From Planctomycetota bacterium (GTDB taxonomy: Bacteria > Planctomycetota > Planctomycetia > Pirellulales > Pirellulaceae): a stretch of 64,000 nt of DNA. The notes below the pieces were generated by a model. It ran no database searches. It was not told where the DNA came from and was given only the letters and a program-made list of their open reading frames with translations. Position numbers and translations under genes: made by a program. Of this stretch, positions 1 through 9,224 are shown piece by piece. The stretch covers positions 2,302 through 66,301 of the forward strand of contig JAPOIJ010000002.1 of the NCBI GenBank assembly GCA_029979005.1, given 5' to 3'. How positions within the stretch are numbered: the first letter of the stretch is position 1; each line of letters starts with the position of its first letter.

Positions 1-2
1 GG

Positions 3-293
3 GTGAAACCCGTTGAAGTAAAACACCGAGATGCAATGCGGCTTCAGCTTCCTGATCTTGATGGGGCGATGTTGTCTCAGGTGGTTGAAGGGGCTCCCGC
101 TTTTGTCGCAGGTATTCGTTCGTTTGACATCATTCGTCAATGGGATGATGTTGAGGTGAAAAATTTTAAGCACCTTTATCGATTAGCCGAAATGACTCGC
201 CCTGATACGCGTGTAAATGTCAAATTCATTCGTGACGGAAAAGAATTGGTGACACAAGTCGTTGTTGGGAATCGCCCCGAAAATATCCGGTAG
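3..293 (+). CDS. C-terminal PDZ domain of a probable HtrA/DegP-like serine protease (5' partial, begins before the window)
   Basis: PDZ-like text: GAMLSQVVEGAPAFVAGIRSFDIIRQWDDVEV...VNVKFIRDGKELVTQVVVG. No protease domain is visible in the window. Confidence 0.7.
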   Translation: MKPVEVKHRDAMRLQLPDLDGAMLSQVVEGAPAFVAGIRSFDIIRQWDDVEVKNFKHLYRLAEMTRPDTRVNVKFIRDGKELVTQVVVGNRPENIR

Positions 294-632
294 GCGGTCT
301 ACCGCAGGTTAGTTTTCGTGCAATTGGGGCATCGTTGGATCTTCGCATCAATCGATTGCCTCATCAGGGCGTTCGTTAAGGTTTTCCCAGTTGTAAAGGT
401 TTGTTTTTACGATAACTTTTCGCAGACCCGAGTTGTCGCCTTGGTTGCGTTAGGTATATGAGTTGATTGAATAATTCCCATGGGTAGCAGGTGAGTTCGG
501 TACGATAATTATTCAGTGAAGGCGGCAAGCATATAGCAACTCAATTTGTCACAGAACCTATTGATTTTGCAATTAACGGCAAGCGTTTTTGTTGATCATC
601 TTAATTGACTTTACAAGGAAGTAACGTCATTC

Positions 633-2558
633 ATGCCCAGGCAGTATCCTAATCGTGGAAACTCAAACACGGATATTTCTCGTGCGACCTCTGTGAATCG
701 TCGTGGGCTCTTCAAGTCGGCAGTGGCGGCGGGAACGGCATTAACGGGTAGCCAGTCCCTGAAGGCAGACGGCCCATTAGGCAAGCTTGTGAAAATTGGC
801 CAACGCACAAGGTCTGGTCAATCAACTCTAAAGCAGCGTGCGGCGAGCGATTATGCGCAGAGCCTTCAAGCCTATGGTGGAAGGTTGGCTAATCCGATCC
901 GCGATTTATTTCTAACCAGTCGCGATTCTGATTCTGTTCATTTTGGCGTCGTTGTGATTGGTTCAGGATATGGTGCTTCGATTGCTGCGGCACGAATTTC
1001 GCAACGGTTAGGAGATCAATACCGGATATGTATTCTTGAGCGAGGAAAAGAGTGGGTTCCTGGAACTTTCCCCGATACATTTGCATCCGTATCGGCGAAT
1101 GCGAGCAATGTGTTTGCAGGACCGACCAAAGGCCAGCGAGCGAGACCGCTGGGGGTTTTTAACTTGATGATGAATGATGAGGTGAATATTCTCTCGGGGA
1201 ATGGTCTAGGGGGAGGTTCATTAATTAACGCCAGTATCGCGTTGCGACCCAATTCAGAAGTATTTCAACAACAGCGTTGGCCTTCCGCCTTACACAACGC
1301 GGAGGTTCTTAGTCCTTATTACGATCGAGTTGCCTCGGCATTGAGCTTGAGCCGGACTCCGTTTGATCAAACACCCAAGGTGCGTGTACGGCGTCGGGCA
1401 GCGGAGCAAATAAGTCACCGACCCGGTTTTTTTGATCGGTCAAACATTTCGGTGATGTATGACTATCGTTATCTGGATAAGAATTTTAGAAACTCTGTCG
1501 GGATGATACAGCGACCGTGTACCCTGTGTGGAGATTGCACTAACGGGTGTAATGTTGGCGCAAAAAACACGCTCGCAATGAACTATCTTCCTGTTGCTAA
1601 GCACAATGGAACTGAGATTTATACACAGGTCGAGGTGAATTCGATAGAAAAATGCGAGGGCTTCTACCGGGTTCACATGACGTACATCGAGGAGCGGAAT
1701 GGCCAGGTGGCTCGAACGCCGCTGCAAGTTAATTCAGAACTGGTCGTTGTGGGGGCGGGGAGTCCGGCAAGTGCTGCAATCTTGTTGGATTCACAAGATG
1801 AGAGCTTGCAGTTTTCTCCGAGTCTTGGGAGGCATTGGTCTGGCAACGGTGATGCGATTGGTTTTGTCACGGGTTTACCAGCGGGAACCAGCATTGGCGG
1901 TTTTGGAGCGTTTCCCGGTCAGGGCAAACGGGTTGGCCCAACGGTGCAAACAACGCTTAATTTTTGTGACGATGAAGATTTTCGAAAACATTTACTGATT
2001 CAAGACTCCTCAATTCCAAGAGGAGCACTGAATCTGTTTTCAGCATTGTTGCGCGATCCTGAGTTGGATCGCTCGATGGTCATGTTGGGGATGGGGCATG
2101 ACGAAGGTGCGGGACGTCTTGTCAAGAAAATGGGGCGTTGGCAAATTAAATGGGAAGGGCTGAAGTCCAGCGCCTATCGTCAGCGAGTGTTCCGCCAATT
2201 TGAAAAATTGGCCAATGCCCATGGTGGACGTTATAAACGGCTCAAAGCGTTCGGGGATAACCTGGTCACCGTTCACCCGCTGGGAGGGTGCGGGATGTCG
2301 GATGTGCCTACCGAGGGGGCAGTCAATCATCTCGGGCAGGTCTTTGATTATCAGAATGGTGGATATTTGGACGCGGACACGGGTGAGTTGGCAGTCCATC
2401 GAGGGTTGTATGTGTCTGACGGTTCGGTGATTCCTACGGCTCTCGGGGTTAACCCCTATATGACGATTGGTGCAATTTCCGAGCGAATTGCGAATCATAT
2501 CGTTAACAATCCCGAGCATTCCCACCTGTTTTCCGATTCGTCGTTTTCTACATCTTAA
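633..2558 (+). CDS. GMC-family FAD oxidoreductase, cholesterol oxidase (ChoD)-like, with Tat signal
   Basis: Twin-arginine NRRGLFK; FAD-binding VVIGSGYGASIAA; GNGLGGGSLINA; CTLCGDCTNGC..GAKN; C-terminal TVHPLGGC and DGSVIPTALGVNP motifs. Confidence 0.85.
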   Translation: MPRQYPNRGNSNTDISRATSVNRRGLFKSAVAAGTALTGSQSLKADGPLGKLVKIGQRTRSGQSTLKQRAASDYAQSLQAYGGRLANPIRDLFLTSRDSDSVHFGVVVIGSGYGASIAAARISQRLGDQYRICILERGKEWVPGTFPDTFASVSANASNVFAGPTKGQRARPLGVFNLMMNDEVNILSGNGLGGGSLINASIALRPNSEVFQQQRWPSALHNAEVLSPYYDRVASALSLSRTPFDQTPKVRVRRRAAEQISHRPGFFDRSNISVMYDYRYLDKNFRNSVGMIQRPCTLCGDCTNGCNVGAKNTLAMNYLPVAKHNGTEIYTQVEVNSIEKCEGFYRVHMTYIEERNGQVARTPLQVNSELVVVGAGSPASAAILLDSQDESLQFSPSLGRHWSGNGDAIGFVTGLPAGTSIGGFGAFPGQGKRVGPTVQTTLNFCDDEDFRKHLLIQDSSIPRGALNLFSALLRDPELDRSMVMLGMGHDEGAGRLVKKMGRWQIKWEGLKSSAYRQRVFRQFEKLANAHGGRYKRLKAFGDNLVTVHPLGGCGMSDVPTEGAVNHLGQVFDYQNGGYLDADTGELAVHRGLYVSDGSVIPTALGVNPYMTIGAISERIANHIVNNPEHSHLFSDSSFSTS

Positions 2559-2661
2559 GAGCAGATTGTAAAAACCATTGGGGATCGTTGATCTGAATCT
2601 GTTTCAGGTCGCTCCGCGCGAGTCACGGGGGCCTGTCGGCCAAGTAAATTTGTATTACGGT

Positions 2662-2690
2662 TTGACGAAAGCCCGCGGGGTGAGTAAAAA
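2662..2690 (+). promoter_or_regulatory. Putative sigma-70 promoter for SRP RNA/dnaX
   Basis: TTGACG, 17 nt spacer, TAAAAA, about 20 nt upstream of the SRP RNA stem. The -10 element is imperfect. Confidence 0.4.
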
Positions 2691-2709
2691 ATAGGGTAAA
2701 TCTGTTGGT

Positions 2710-2799
2710 GAGTGAGCTCCGCGAGGGGGAGCCGTGAATTGGGTCAGGCCTGAAATATGGAGCAGCCCTAAGCGGGGTACTCTTGTGCGGGGCTCTCTC
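2710..2799 (+). ncRNA. ffs: Signal recognition particle RNA (bacterial small SRP, 4.5S)
   Basis: Helix-8 signature CCGTGAA..GGGTCAGG-CC...GG-AGCAGCCC; closing stem GAGCTCCGC (2714-2722) pairs with GCGGGGCTC (2787-2795); T9 run at 2809-2817; the ffs-dnaX-ybaB-recR order is established in many bacteria. Confidence 0.88.
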
Positions 2800-2997
2800 G
2801 TCCGCAGATTTTTTTTTGCCAGCGTTGCGAAATCGAATTTTTCGGTAATTTTCACAGCGCCAACGGCGTGTTTTTTCGGACACGTTGCAAAGAGTCGCAT
2901 TTCAGCTAGATCGGGACCTACTCGTTGGCCAAGTGAATCGGTTAGAATTGGGGCTCGCCAACGACGCGAGCTCATTTCTACGGCCAATGGTTTTGTG

Positions 2998-4911
2998 ATG
3001 AATTCACCTTCGCCCACCGATGACGGACAATATAAAGTTGTCGCACTTAAATACCGCCCCCAATTGTTTGGAGAGTTGGTTGGGCAAAGTCACATTGCGA
3101 CCGCATTATCGAATGCGATTGACAAGAATCGCGTTGGTCATGCGTATCTGTTCACAGGTGCCCGCGGGGTTGGGAAAACCTCGTCAGCGCGAATTTTTGC
3201 AAAGTGTCTTAATTGTGTTGAGGGGCCAACAAAAACTCCTTGCGGGAAATGTGGTATTTGCGAAGCCGTTTCTGCTGGTGACGATGTTGATGTTCTGGAA
3301 ATTGACGGTGCGAGCAACCGGGGAATCGACGAGATTCGTTTGTTGCGATCCAATGCATCCGTTCGCCCCAGTCGTTGTAGGTATAAAATCTATATCATCG
3401 ACGAAGTGCACATGTTAACGATGCAAGCTTTTAATGCGCTGCTTAAGACGCTTGAAGAACCTCCGCCGCATGTCAAATTTATCTTTTGCACGACAGATCC
3501 TCAGAAGATACCGATTACGGTTTTATCGCGTTGTCAACGATTTGATTTTTCACCTGTTCAGACGAATGAAATCTCCAACCGCCTGTCCGAGATCGCAGCG
3601 AATGAGGGGGTGACTGCCGACGAACAAGCGTTGGCTTTGTTGGCTCGCCGTGCTAATGGATCTATGCGAGACAGTCAGTCATTACTTGAGCAACTTTTCT
3701 CGTTTTGCGGGAACTCTATTTCAGTGCAAGAAGTTCATGAGCTACTTGGCACTGCGGATATGGGCAGAATCGCTGAGATCTCAACTGCGATGGTAAATGC
3801 AGATCCCATGACTGCACTGAATTTAATCCATCATGGAATTACCGACGGTGTCGATGCTGGGCAAATGGCGGATCAGTTGCTGGGGTATTTCAGAGACATG
3901 ATGGTCGCGAGTGTCGATTGCAGTCCTGATACTTTTTTGAATTGCAGTGAAGCGGATCTTGAGCATTTGAAAACACTTTCCGATGCGATTGGTCTGGAAA
4001 CAATACTTACGATCGTACAGTTGCTTGATTCGGCAGTGGTTCGGATGCAGTCAAGCCTGCACGGACGGACGTTGCTGGAAGCGGCTGTGGTACGGGTTTG
4101 TAATCTCGAAAAACTGGAAGCCATTGCTGATTTGGTCGATCAGTTATCAGACCCCAAAAACAGCAAGGGTGCTGCAGTAAAGGCGCCGCGACAACGCGTT
4201 GAAATGAGACGAGTCGAAACCTCCGGGACGGTTGGTCAGGCGGCTCTAAAAAAAAACGAAATAGCACCTGATCCGGCTCCACAGTCGACAACGAGTGTGG
4301 CTGGCGAAACAGTGGCTCAAGATGATTCTGCAGCAAAACCGCCGGGCGGAGAGGTGTTGGAAGATGCGGGGATTGCCAAGGTAGGTAATGCTAACGTTTC
4401 TCCCGAACCAAAGGCGACGGGCATTCCGGAGATTCCGAGTGGAAGTCACGTTGCCAATGACTTGCCGAAAGCAGGCGGTGAAATAGTTTCCCCAACGGAT
4501 TCTCATTCGACGGATGCAGATGTTAGCTCGATCGAAGCGCGTTGGAAAACTGTTCTCGAAACGATGGGGGATATGACTGCCGAAATGGCCTCCAATTATG
4601 AATCGGTCGAACTTAAAGGGGCGGATCAGCTTTTGGTCACCTTGCGGGACAAGGCGAGTCGAGATCTCTGTATGAAGCCGGATCGTCGCAGTCGTTTTGA
4701 AGAAGCATTTGAAAAGGTAACCGATCGAACGGTTCGTGTTGAGTTTTTGGTTTCTCAAAACGTGATTGAAAGTCCGGCTCCGAAGCCTAAACTTACCCGT
4801 GCACAGCAGGTAAGGAAATTGCAAGATGTCGAATTGGTGAAACAGGCCATGGAATTATTTGATGCAGAAATAACAGGGTTTCGTGAACCTATGCCGTCGA
4901 AAAAGCGTTGA
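2998..4911 (+). CDS. dnaX: DNA polymerase III subunit gamma/tau
   Basis: YKVVALKYRPQ, Walker A GARGVGKT, zinc module C..C, IIDEVHML, SRCQRF. Start set at ATG 2998 because the longer ORF from 2734 overlaps the SRP RNA. Confidence 0.97.
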   Translation: MNSPSPTDDGQYKVVALKYRPQLFGELVGQSHIATALSNAIDKNRVGHAYLFTGARGVGKTSSARIFAKCLNCVEGPTKTPCGKCGICEAVSAGDDVDVLEIDGASNRGIDEIRLLRSNASVRPSRCRYKIYIIDEVHMLTMQAFNALLKTLEEPPPHVKFIFCTTDPQKIPITVLSRCQRFDFSPVQTNEISNRLSEIAANEGVTADEQALALLARRANGSMRDSQSLLEQLFSFCGNSISVQEVHELLGTADMGRIAEISTAMVNADPMTALNLIHHGITDGVDAGQMADQLLGYFRDMMVASVDCSPDTFLNCSEADLEHLKTLSDAIGLETILTIVQLLDSAVVRMQSSLHGRTLLEAAVVRVCNLEKLEAIADLVDQLSDPKNSKGAAVKAPRQRVEMRRVETSGTVGQAALKKNEIAPDPAPQSTTSVAGETVAQDDSAAKPPGGEVLEDAGIAKVGNANVSPEPKATGIPEIPSGSHVANDLPKAGGEIVSPTDSHSTDADVSSIEARWKTVLETMGDMTAEMASNYESVELKGADQLLVTLRDKASRDLCMKPDRRSRFEEAFEKVTDRTVRVEFLVSQNVIESPAPKPKLTRAQQVRKLQDVELVKQAMELFDAEITGFREPMPSKKR

Positions 4912-4975
4912 GTTTAGTTGAGTTAAGCGGTTAATCGAGCGATCCGCGGTTATTAATTTTTTGTTGGAGAACGAG

Positions 4976-5371
4976 ATGTTAAAAGGGTTAGGGAACATCG
5001 CTGCGTTGATGAAGCAGGCGCGGACTATGGGTCCCCGGATGCAGGAGCAAATGGAGGAACTGAAATCAAAAACAGTTCACGGTTCATCTGGCGGTGGCAT
5101 GATTAAGGTGCAGGCAAATGGGATTGGTCAAATATTGAGTGTTGCCATTGATCCTGCTCTTTCTCAGCAAAACGATGTCGAGATGATCCAGGATTTGCTT
5201 CCCGCTGCCATTAACGACGCGTTGGAGAAGCAACAGCAATTAAGACTAGAGGTAATGCAGTCAGTAACCGAGGATTTGCCTCTGCCCGGAAATATGGAAG
5301 ACATGCTGAAGCAATTTATGGGTGGAGATGATGGTGGCGATTCATCCGATTTGACTTCACCAAAAATTTGA
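4976..5371 (+). CDS. ybaB: YbaB/EbfC nucleoid-associated protein
   Basis: GSSGGGMIKVQANG..I.IDP..L..DVEMIQDL..AAINDA; lies between dnaX and recR. Confidence 0.92.
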   Translation: MLKGLGNIAALMKQARTMGPRMQEQMEELKSKTVHGSSGGGMIKVQANGIGQILSVAIDPALSQQNDVEMIQDLLPAAINDALEKQQQLRLEVMQSVTEDLPLPGNMEDMLKQFMGGDDGGDSSDLTSPKI

Positions 5372-5490
5372 TGGACTGACAAGGGGATCCAGCGAACTCA
5401 ATCACTGGGGGATTTACATTTGCCGGGACGGATGTTGGCAAACGGCAATTGTTCCGCACATTAATCAGGGAAGGTAGAGAACACGAGATC

Positions 5491-6090
5491 ATGGCCGAAC
5501 TATCTGACTCAGTCTCAAACATGATTGATCAACTTGCAAGGTTGCCGGGAATTGGCCGGAAATCGGCGGAGCGTCTGGCGTACCACATTTTACGAGTGCC
5601 AGAATCGGAGGCTTTCGCGTTAGCCGATTCGATTCGTACGGTTCGCGAGAACGTCCGGTACTGTGAGATTTGTTTCAATCTTGCTGAAAGCGAGATGTGT
5701 AATATTTGCCGCGATCCAGCGCGTGATCAAAAGTTGATCTGTGTAGTACAGCAACCTCGAGACCTCATGGCTCTTGAGCAGTCGGGAACCTATCGCGGAC
5801 TGTATCATGTGCTGCTTGGTCGGATTGCACCGTTGGAAAACATCGGCCCCGATCAACTGACCATTGACCAGCTAATGGGGCGGGTGTCTCAGGGTACTTT
5901 TGAGGAGGTGATCATGGCCACTAATCCGACTGTTGAAGGGGATGGTACGGCGCTTCATATTTCGAATTTACTTTCAGAATTTGACATTAGATTGACGCGG
6001 CTCGCACGTGGGATCACGACTGGCAGTATTCTGGAATACACCAATAAGGAAATCTTGGCGGATGCTCTGTCTGGACGGCAACCGCTGTGA
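5491..6090 (+). CDS. recR: Recombination mediator RecR
   Basis: LPGIGRKSAERLAYH, C4 zinc finger, Toprim ATNPTVEGDGTA, TRLARGI. Confidence 0.97.
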   Translation: MAELSDSVSNMIDQLARLPGIGRKSAERLAYHILRVPESEAFALADSIRTVRENVRYCEICFNLAESEMCNICRDPARDQKLICVVQQPRDLMALEQSGTYRGLYHVLLGRIAPLENIGPDQLTIDQLMGRVSQGTFEEVIMATNPTVEGDGTALHISNLLSEFDIRLTRLARGITTGSILEYTNKEILADALSGRQPL

Positions 6091-6474
6091 AATAAAGCCC
6101 CTGCTGCTGAAGTGCCTCTAATAAAATTAGCGTGAACAGTCAGGCGGGTAGGCGTGTCTGCCCGGGAGAGCGTCAACTGTTACTGACAAAAGACGGAGTC
6201 ATTGTCAGAAAATGAATGGTTTTGCGGGCGACCGCGTCGGCGAAAACGTTTTTTTTGCCTTGGATTCGTATTTCTGGGGCTTTTTGACGGTAAACTAGAC
6301 AGTCTGAGTCGGCGGGCGAACTGCGTCTGCCGGTTGAACAACTTGCGAGTTAATTCGGCGTTGGCCTGAGGCAACTCCCGTTGGTTCGAGGCCGAATACG
6401 TCTTAACGTGGTTTGGTAGATTCGGTAAAAGTAGATCGCACGCTGGCGTCGGTTTAGTTTTTCAGAAAAGTTGT

Positions 6475-7980
6475 ATGAAAATATCGTTCGGTCAAAATCT
6501 ATCGCAAAAGCAAACCCAAAAACTGGCTCCTCGGATGATCCAGTCGATGGAGATTTTGCAGATGGCGCAAGCCGCGTTGGATGAAAAGATCGAACAGGAA
6601 TTGATTGAGAATCCTGCGCTCGAGCGAGCGGATGAGTCGACGACGAATGAGGACGCATCCAAAAACACGTTGGATGTTGAGAAGGAAACCAAGGATGTCG
6701 AACAGAAGGAATTGGTTGTCGATGAAGACAAGGGCGGCGAGGATGATTTTGAGCGGTTGTTAAATCTCGACAAGGACATTCCCGATCATTTTGACGAAAG
6801 CACACGCCCTTCCTCAAATCGGATTCAGGAGAGTGGAGATCGACAGCACGATTTGATTGCGAACATTGTTGATCGTGGCGAGACGCTTCAGAATCACTTG
6901 AATGCACAGTTACACGAGATGGATCTGGCTCCTGATCTGCTGAAGATGTGTGAGAGAATCGTTTCGTCTCTTTCGGCGAAAGACGGTGGCTATTTAAAAG
7001 TCTCGCTCAATGACCTTTTGCCGCCAAATAGTGGCCCAGACGATCTTGAGTTGGCGGAAGAGGCATTAGCTCATGTTCAGCAATTGGATCCCGCCGGTGT
7101 TGGAGCGCGAGATCTTTGTGAATGCTTATTGCTTCAGCTTACATCTGATATCACGAATCTGAAAAATGTTAGAACACTGATCGTCAACCACCTCGAAGAT
7201 CTGCAGCATAACCGCATGCCTCAGATCGAGAAGGCAACTGGTTTGACGATTGAAGAAATCAAAGATGCCTGGGATGAATTAAAAAGGCTTGACCCAAGAC
7301 CGGCCAGCCGGTTTGCTGACGACTTTGTGCCTACGGTGACACCGGATATGTGGCTTGAAGTAGGTGAAGATGGTGAGTACACCGTCAAAATGGAGGAGGG
7401 GCCGACACGTAATCTTTACATTAGCAATTACTATAGGCAGCGCTTGACCAATGGTCAGGCTACTGCCGAAGAAAAGGAATTCATTAAGAGGAAAGTGACT
7501 GCCGCACACTGGTTGATCGAATCCATTGAACAGCGGCGAAATACGTTAACTCGGGTTGCTCAGGAAATTGTAAATCATCAAAAAGCTTACTTTGATGACG
7601 GTCCTGAATTTTTGCGCCCGCTCAAGATGGAGCAAATTGCCGAGAAGGTAGGCGTTGCCGTCACCACGGTTAGTCGTGCTGTAGATCAGAAGTGGATTGA
7701 GACTCATCGTGGCATCCTGCCGTTGCGGATGTTCTTTATGGGGGGAACGACAACCGACGATGGTGAAGACGTTGCCTGGAATAAGATCCGTATTGAACTT
7801 CAAAAATTGATTGACGGCGAAGATAAGTCAAAACCGTACAGTGACGAAGAAATCATGCAGCTTCTGAAAAATCAAGGTTTCGCAGTCGCTCGCCGAACGG
7901 TGTCCAAGTATCGCGAAAAGCTTTCGATTCCAAGTTCTCGCCAGCGGCGAGATTGGACTAAAAAGAAGAAAGACAAATAG
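6475..7980 (+). CDS. rpoN: RNA polymerase sigma-54 factor
   Basis: Q-rich region I (QKLAPRMIQSMEILQM), DPAGVGARDLCECLLLQL, HTH TTVSRAV, RpoN box ARRTVSKYRE. Confidence 0.97.
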   Translation: MKISFGQNLSQKQTQKLAPRMIQSMEILQMAQAALDEKIEQELIENPALERADESTTNEDASKNTLDVEKETKDVEQKELVVDEDKGGEDDFERLLNLDKDIPDHFDESTRPSSNRIQESGDRQHDLIANIVDRGETLQNHLNAQLHEMDLAPDLLKMCERIVSSLSAKDGGYLKVSLNDLLPPNSGPDDLELAEEALAHVQQLDPAGVGARDLCECLLLQLTSDITNLKNVRTLIVNHLEDLQHNRMPQIEKATGLTIEEIKDAWDELKRLDPRPASRFADDFVPTVTPDMWLEVGEDGEYTVKMEEGPTRNLYISNYYRQRLTNGQATAEEKEFIKRKVTAAHWLIESIEQRRNTLTRVAQEIVNHQKAYFDDGPEFLRPLKMEQIAEKVGVAVTTVSRAVDQKWIETHRGILPLRMFFMGGTTTDDGEDVAWNKIRIELQKLIDGEDKSKPYSDEEIMQLLKNQGFAVARRTVSKYREKLSIPSSRQRRDWTKKKKDK

Positions 7981-8207
7981 GGCTGTCCCCAGTATTTGCG
8001 TGAGTGAACGAACTCACCAGTTGGCGCGTTTTTCGGATGTGAGATCTTCTCACTCGCGTGATGAGGCTCGCAGTTTCTATCGATTCAGGTGGAAATATTT
8101 CGAAAAACTGATTGTAACTTGCTAATTTTTGGTCTCGAAGTGAGAATGGAAACGGGGCAAATTAGGTCTCGCTATCGTAAACTTACTGAACACCTCGAAA
8201 TGCTTGA

Positions 8208-9224
8208 ATGTCTTCTGATCGTAAATTTTCGGCCGCTGAAACCGAGTCCATGATTCGAGGAATAGGTGGTCTGGATCGTCCTCAAGTGAGTGATCAAAAC
8301 GATGTCATCGATACGATGATGTTGGTGAAGACTCCGGAGAATATTTCATTTCAATATGAGATCTCAGGGCCATTCTATCGATTTGTCGCTTATCTTACGG
8401 ATCTGATATTCGCATTTGGTGGTTACTTTGCCGCCGTAGGGATACTTTACTTCCTCTTGGTCGTTTTCGGTCTATTAATTGGGAATGCACTCAATACGTT
8501 TACATTTTTTGAAGTGCTTGCCGGGATCGGTTTCGGTCTGATTATGGTCGGTTTCTTTATCGTTTATTGGTTCTACGGAGCCTATATGGAAACTCGGTTC
8601 AACGGGCAGACCCTTGGGAAACGGTTGTGTGGGATCCGTGTGATTTCAGTTGACGGGCATGCGATTGACGGTGTTCAGGCAACGCTGCGGAACTTTTTTC
8701 GATTTCTAGACGTCATGCCGATCGTTCCACTTCAGATGTTACTTGGCCTGGAATCGCAAGTTCTGTTTGCGCTTCCAACGTTTCTGATTGGCTTAGTGGT
8801 GATGTCGCTCAATCGGAAGTTTCAAAGAGTAGGAGATCTGGTGGCAGGTACCGTGGTTATTTTTGAAGAAAAAAAATACCGTCCCGATCTGATTGAATTC
8901 GAAGATGAGCGTGTTCCGCGATTAGCTGAATTAATCCCTGCGGATTTTGTCGCATCTCAAGGCTTGACTCAGGTGGTTGCCGAATTTGCGGAACAGCGGG
9001 TGTATCTTGTCCCGCAACGATCGGCAGATATTGCAAAACACGTGGCTGTGCCCCTGATGGATCGCTTTGGAATTGCGGCGGACACGGATCCGGATTTGTT
9101 TATGTGTTCTTTGTATCATCGTTTGTTTGTGACTCAGGAAGCGGGCGAGTCCCAAGTGGTAACCGAAAACGGAGCCGTTGAGTTGAGTTTGCCGGTTTCG
9201 GTTGGGGAGGGAATCGAACGATGA
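8208..9224 (+). CDS. RDD family membrane protein
   Basis: RFVAYLTDLI, GQTLGKRLCGIRVI, RNFFRFLD, QRVGDLVAGTVV; C-terminal soluble extension. Confidence 0.9.
   Translation: MSSDRKFSAAETESMIRGIGGLDRPQVSDQNDVIDTMMLVKTPENISFQYEISGPFYRFVAYLTDLIFAFGGYFAAVGILYFLLVVFGLLIGNALNTFTFFEVLAGIGFGLIMVGFFIVYWFYGAYMETRFNGQTLGKRLCGIRVISVDGHAIDGVQATLRNFFRFLDVMPIVPLQMLLGLESQVLFALPTFLIGLVVMSLNRKFQRVGDLVAGTVVIFEEKKYRPDLIEFEDERVPRLAELIPADFVASQGLTQVVAEFAEQRVYLVPQRSADIAKHVAVPLMDRFGIAADTDPDLFMCSLYHRLFVTQEAGESQVVTENGAVELSLPVSVGEGIER

Noticed and set aside
523-538. Possible sigma-54 promoter CGGCAAGCATATAGCA upstream of the GMC oxidoreductase
   Set aside because: GG-N10-GC spacing is right, but three consensus positions mismatch; too weak without data.
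2734-2997. N-terminal extension of dnaX in the ORF track
   Set aside because: It overlaps the SRP RNA and its T-run; DnaX similarity begins only after ATG 2998.
6350-6907. Long antisense or alternate-frame ORFs (for example 6350-6907, 4246-4824, 11796-12329, 2040-2525)
   Set aside because: Shadow ORFs of well-supported genes with no recognisable motifs.
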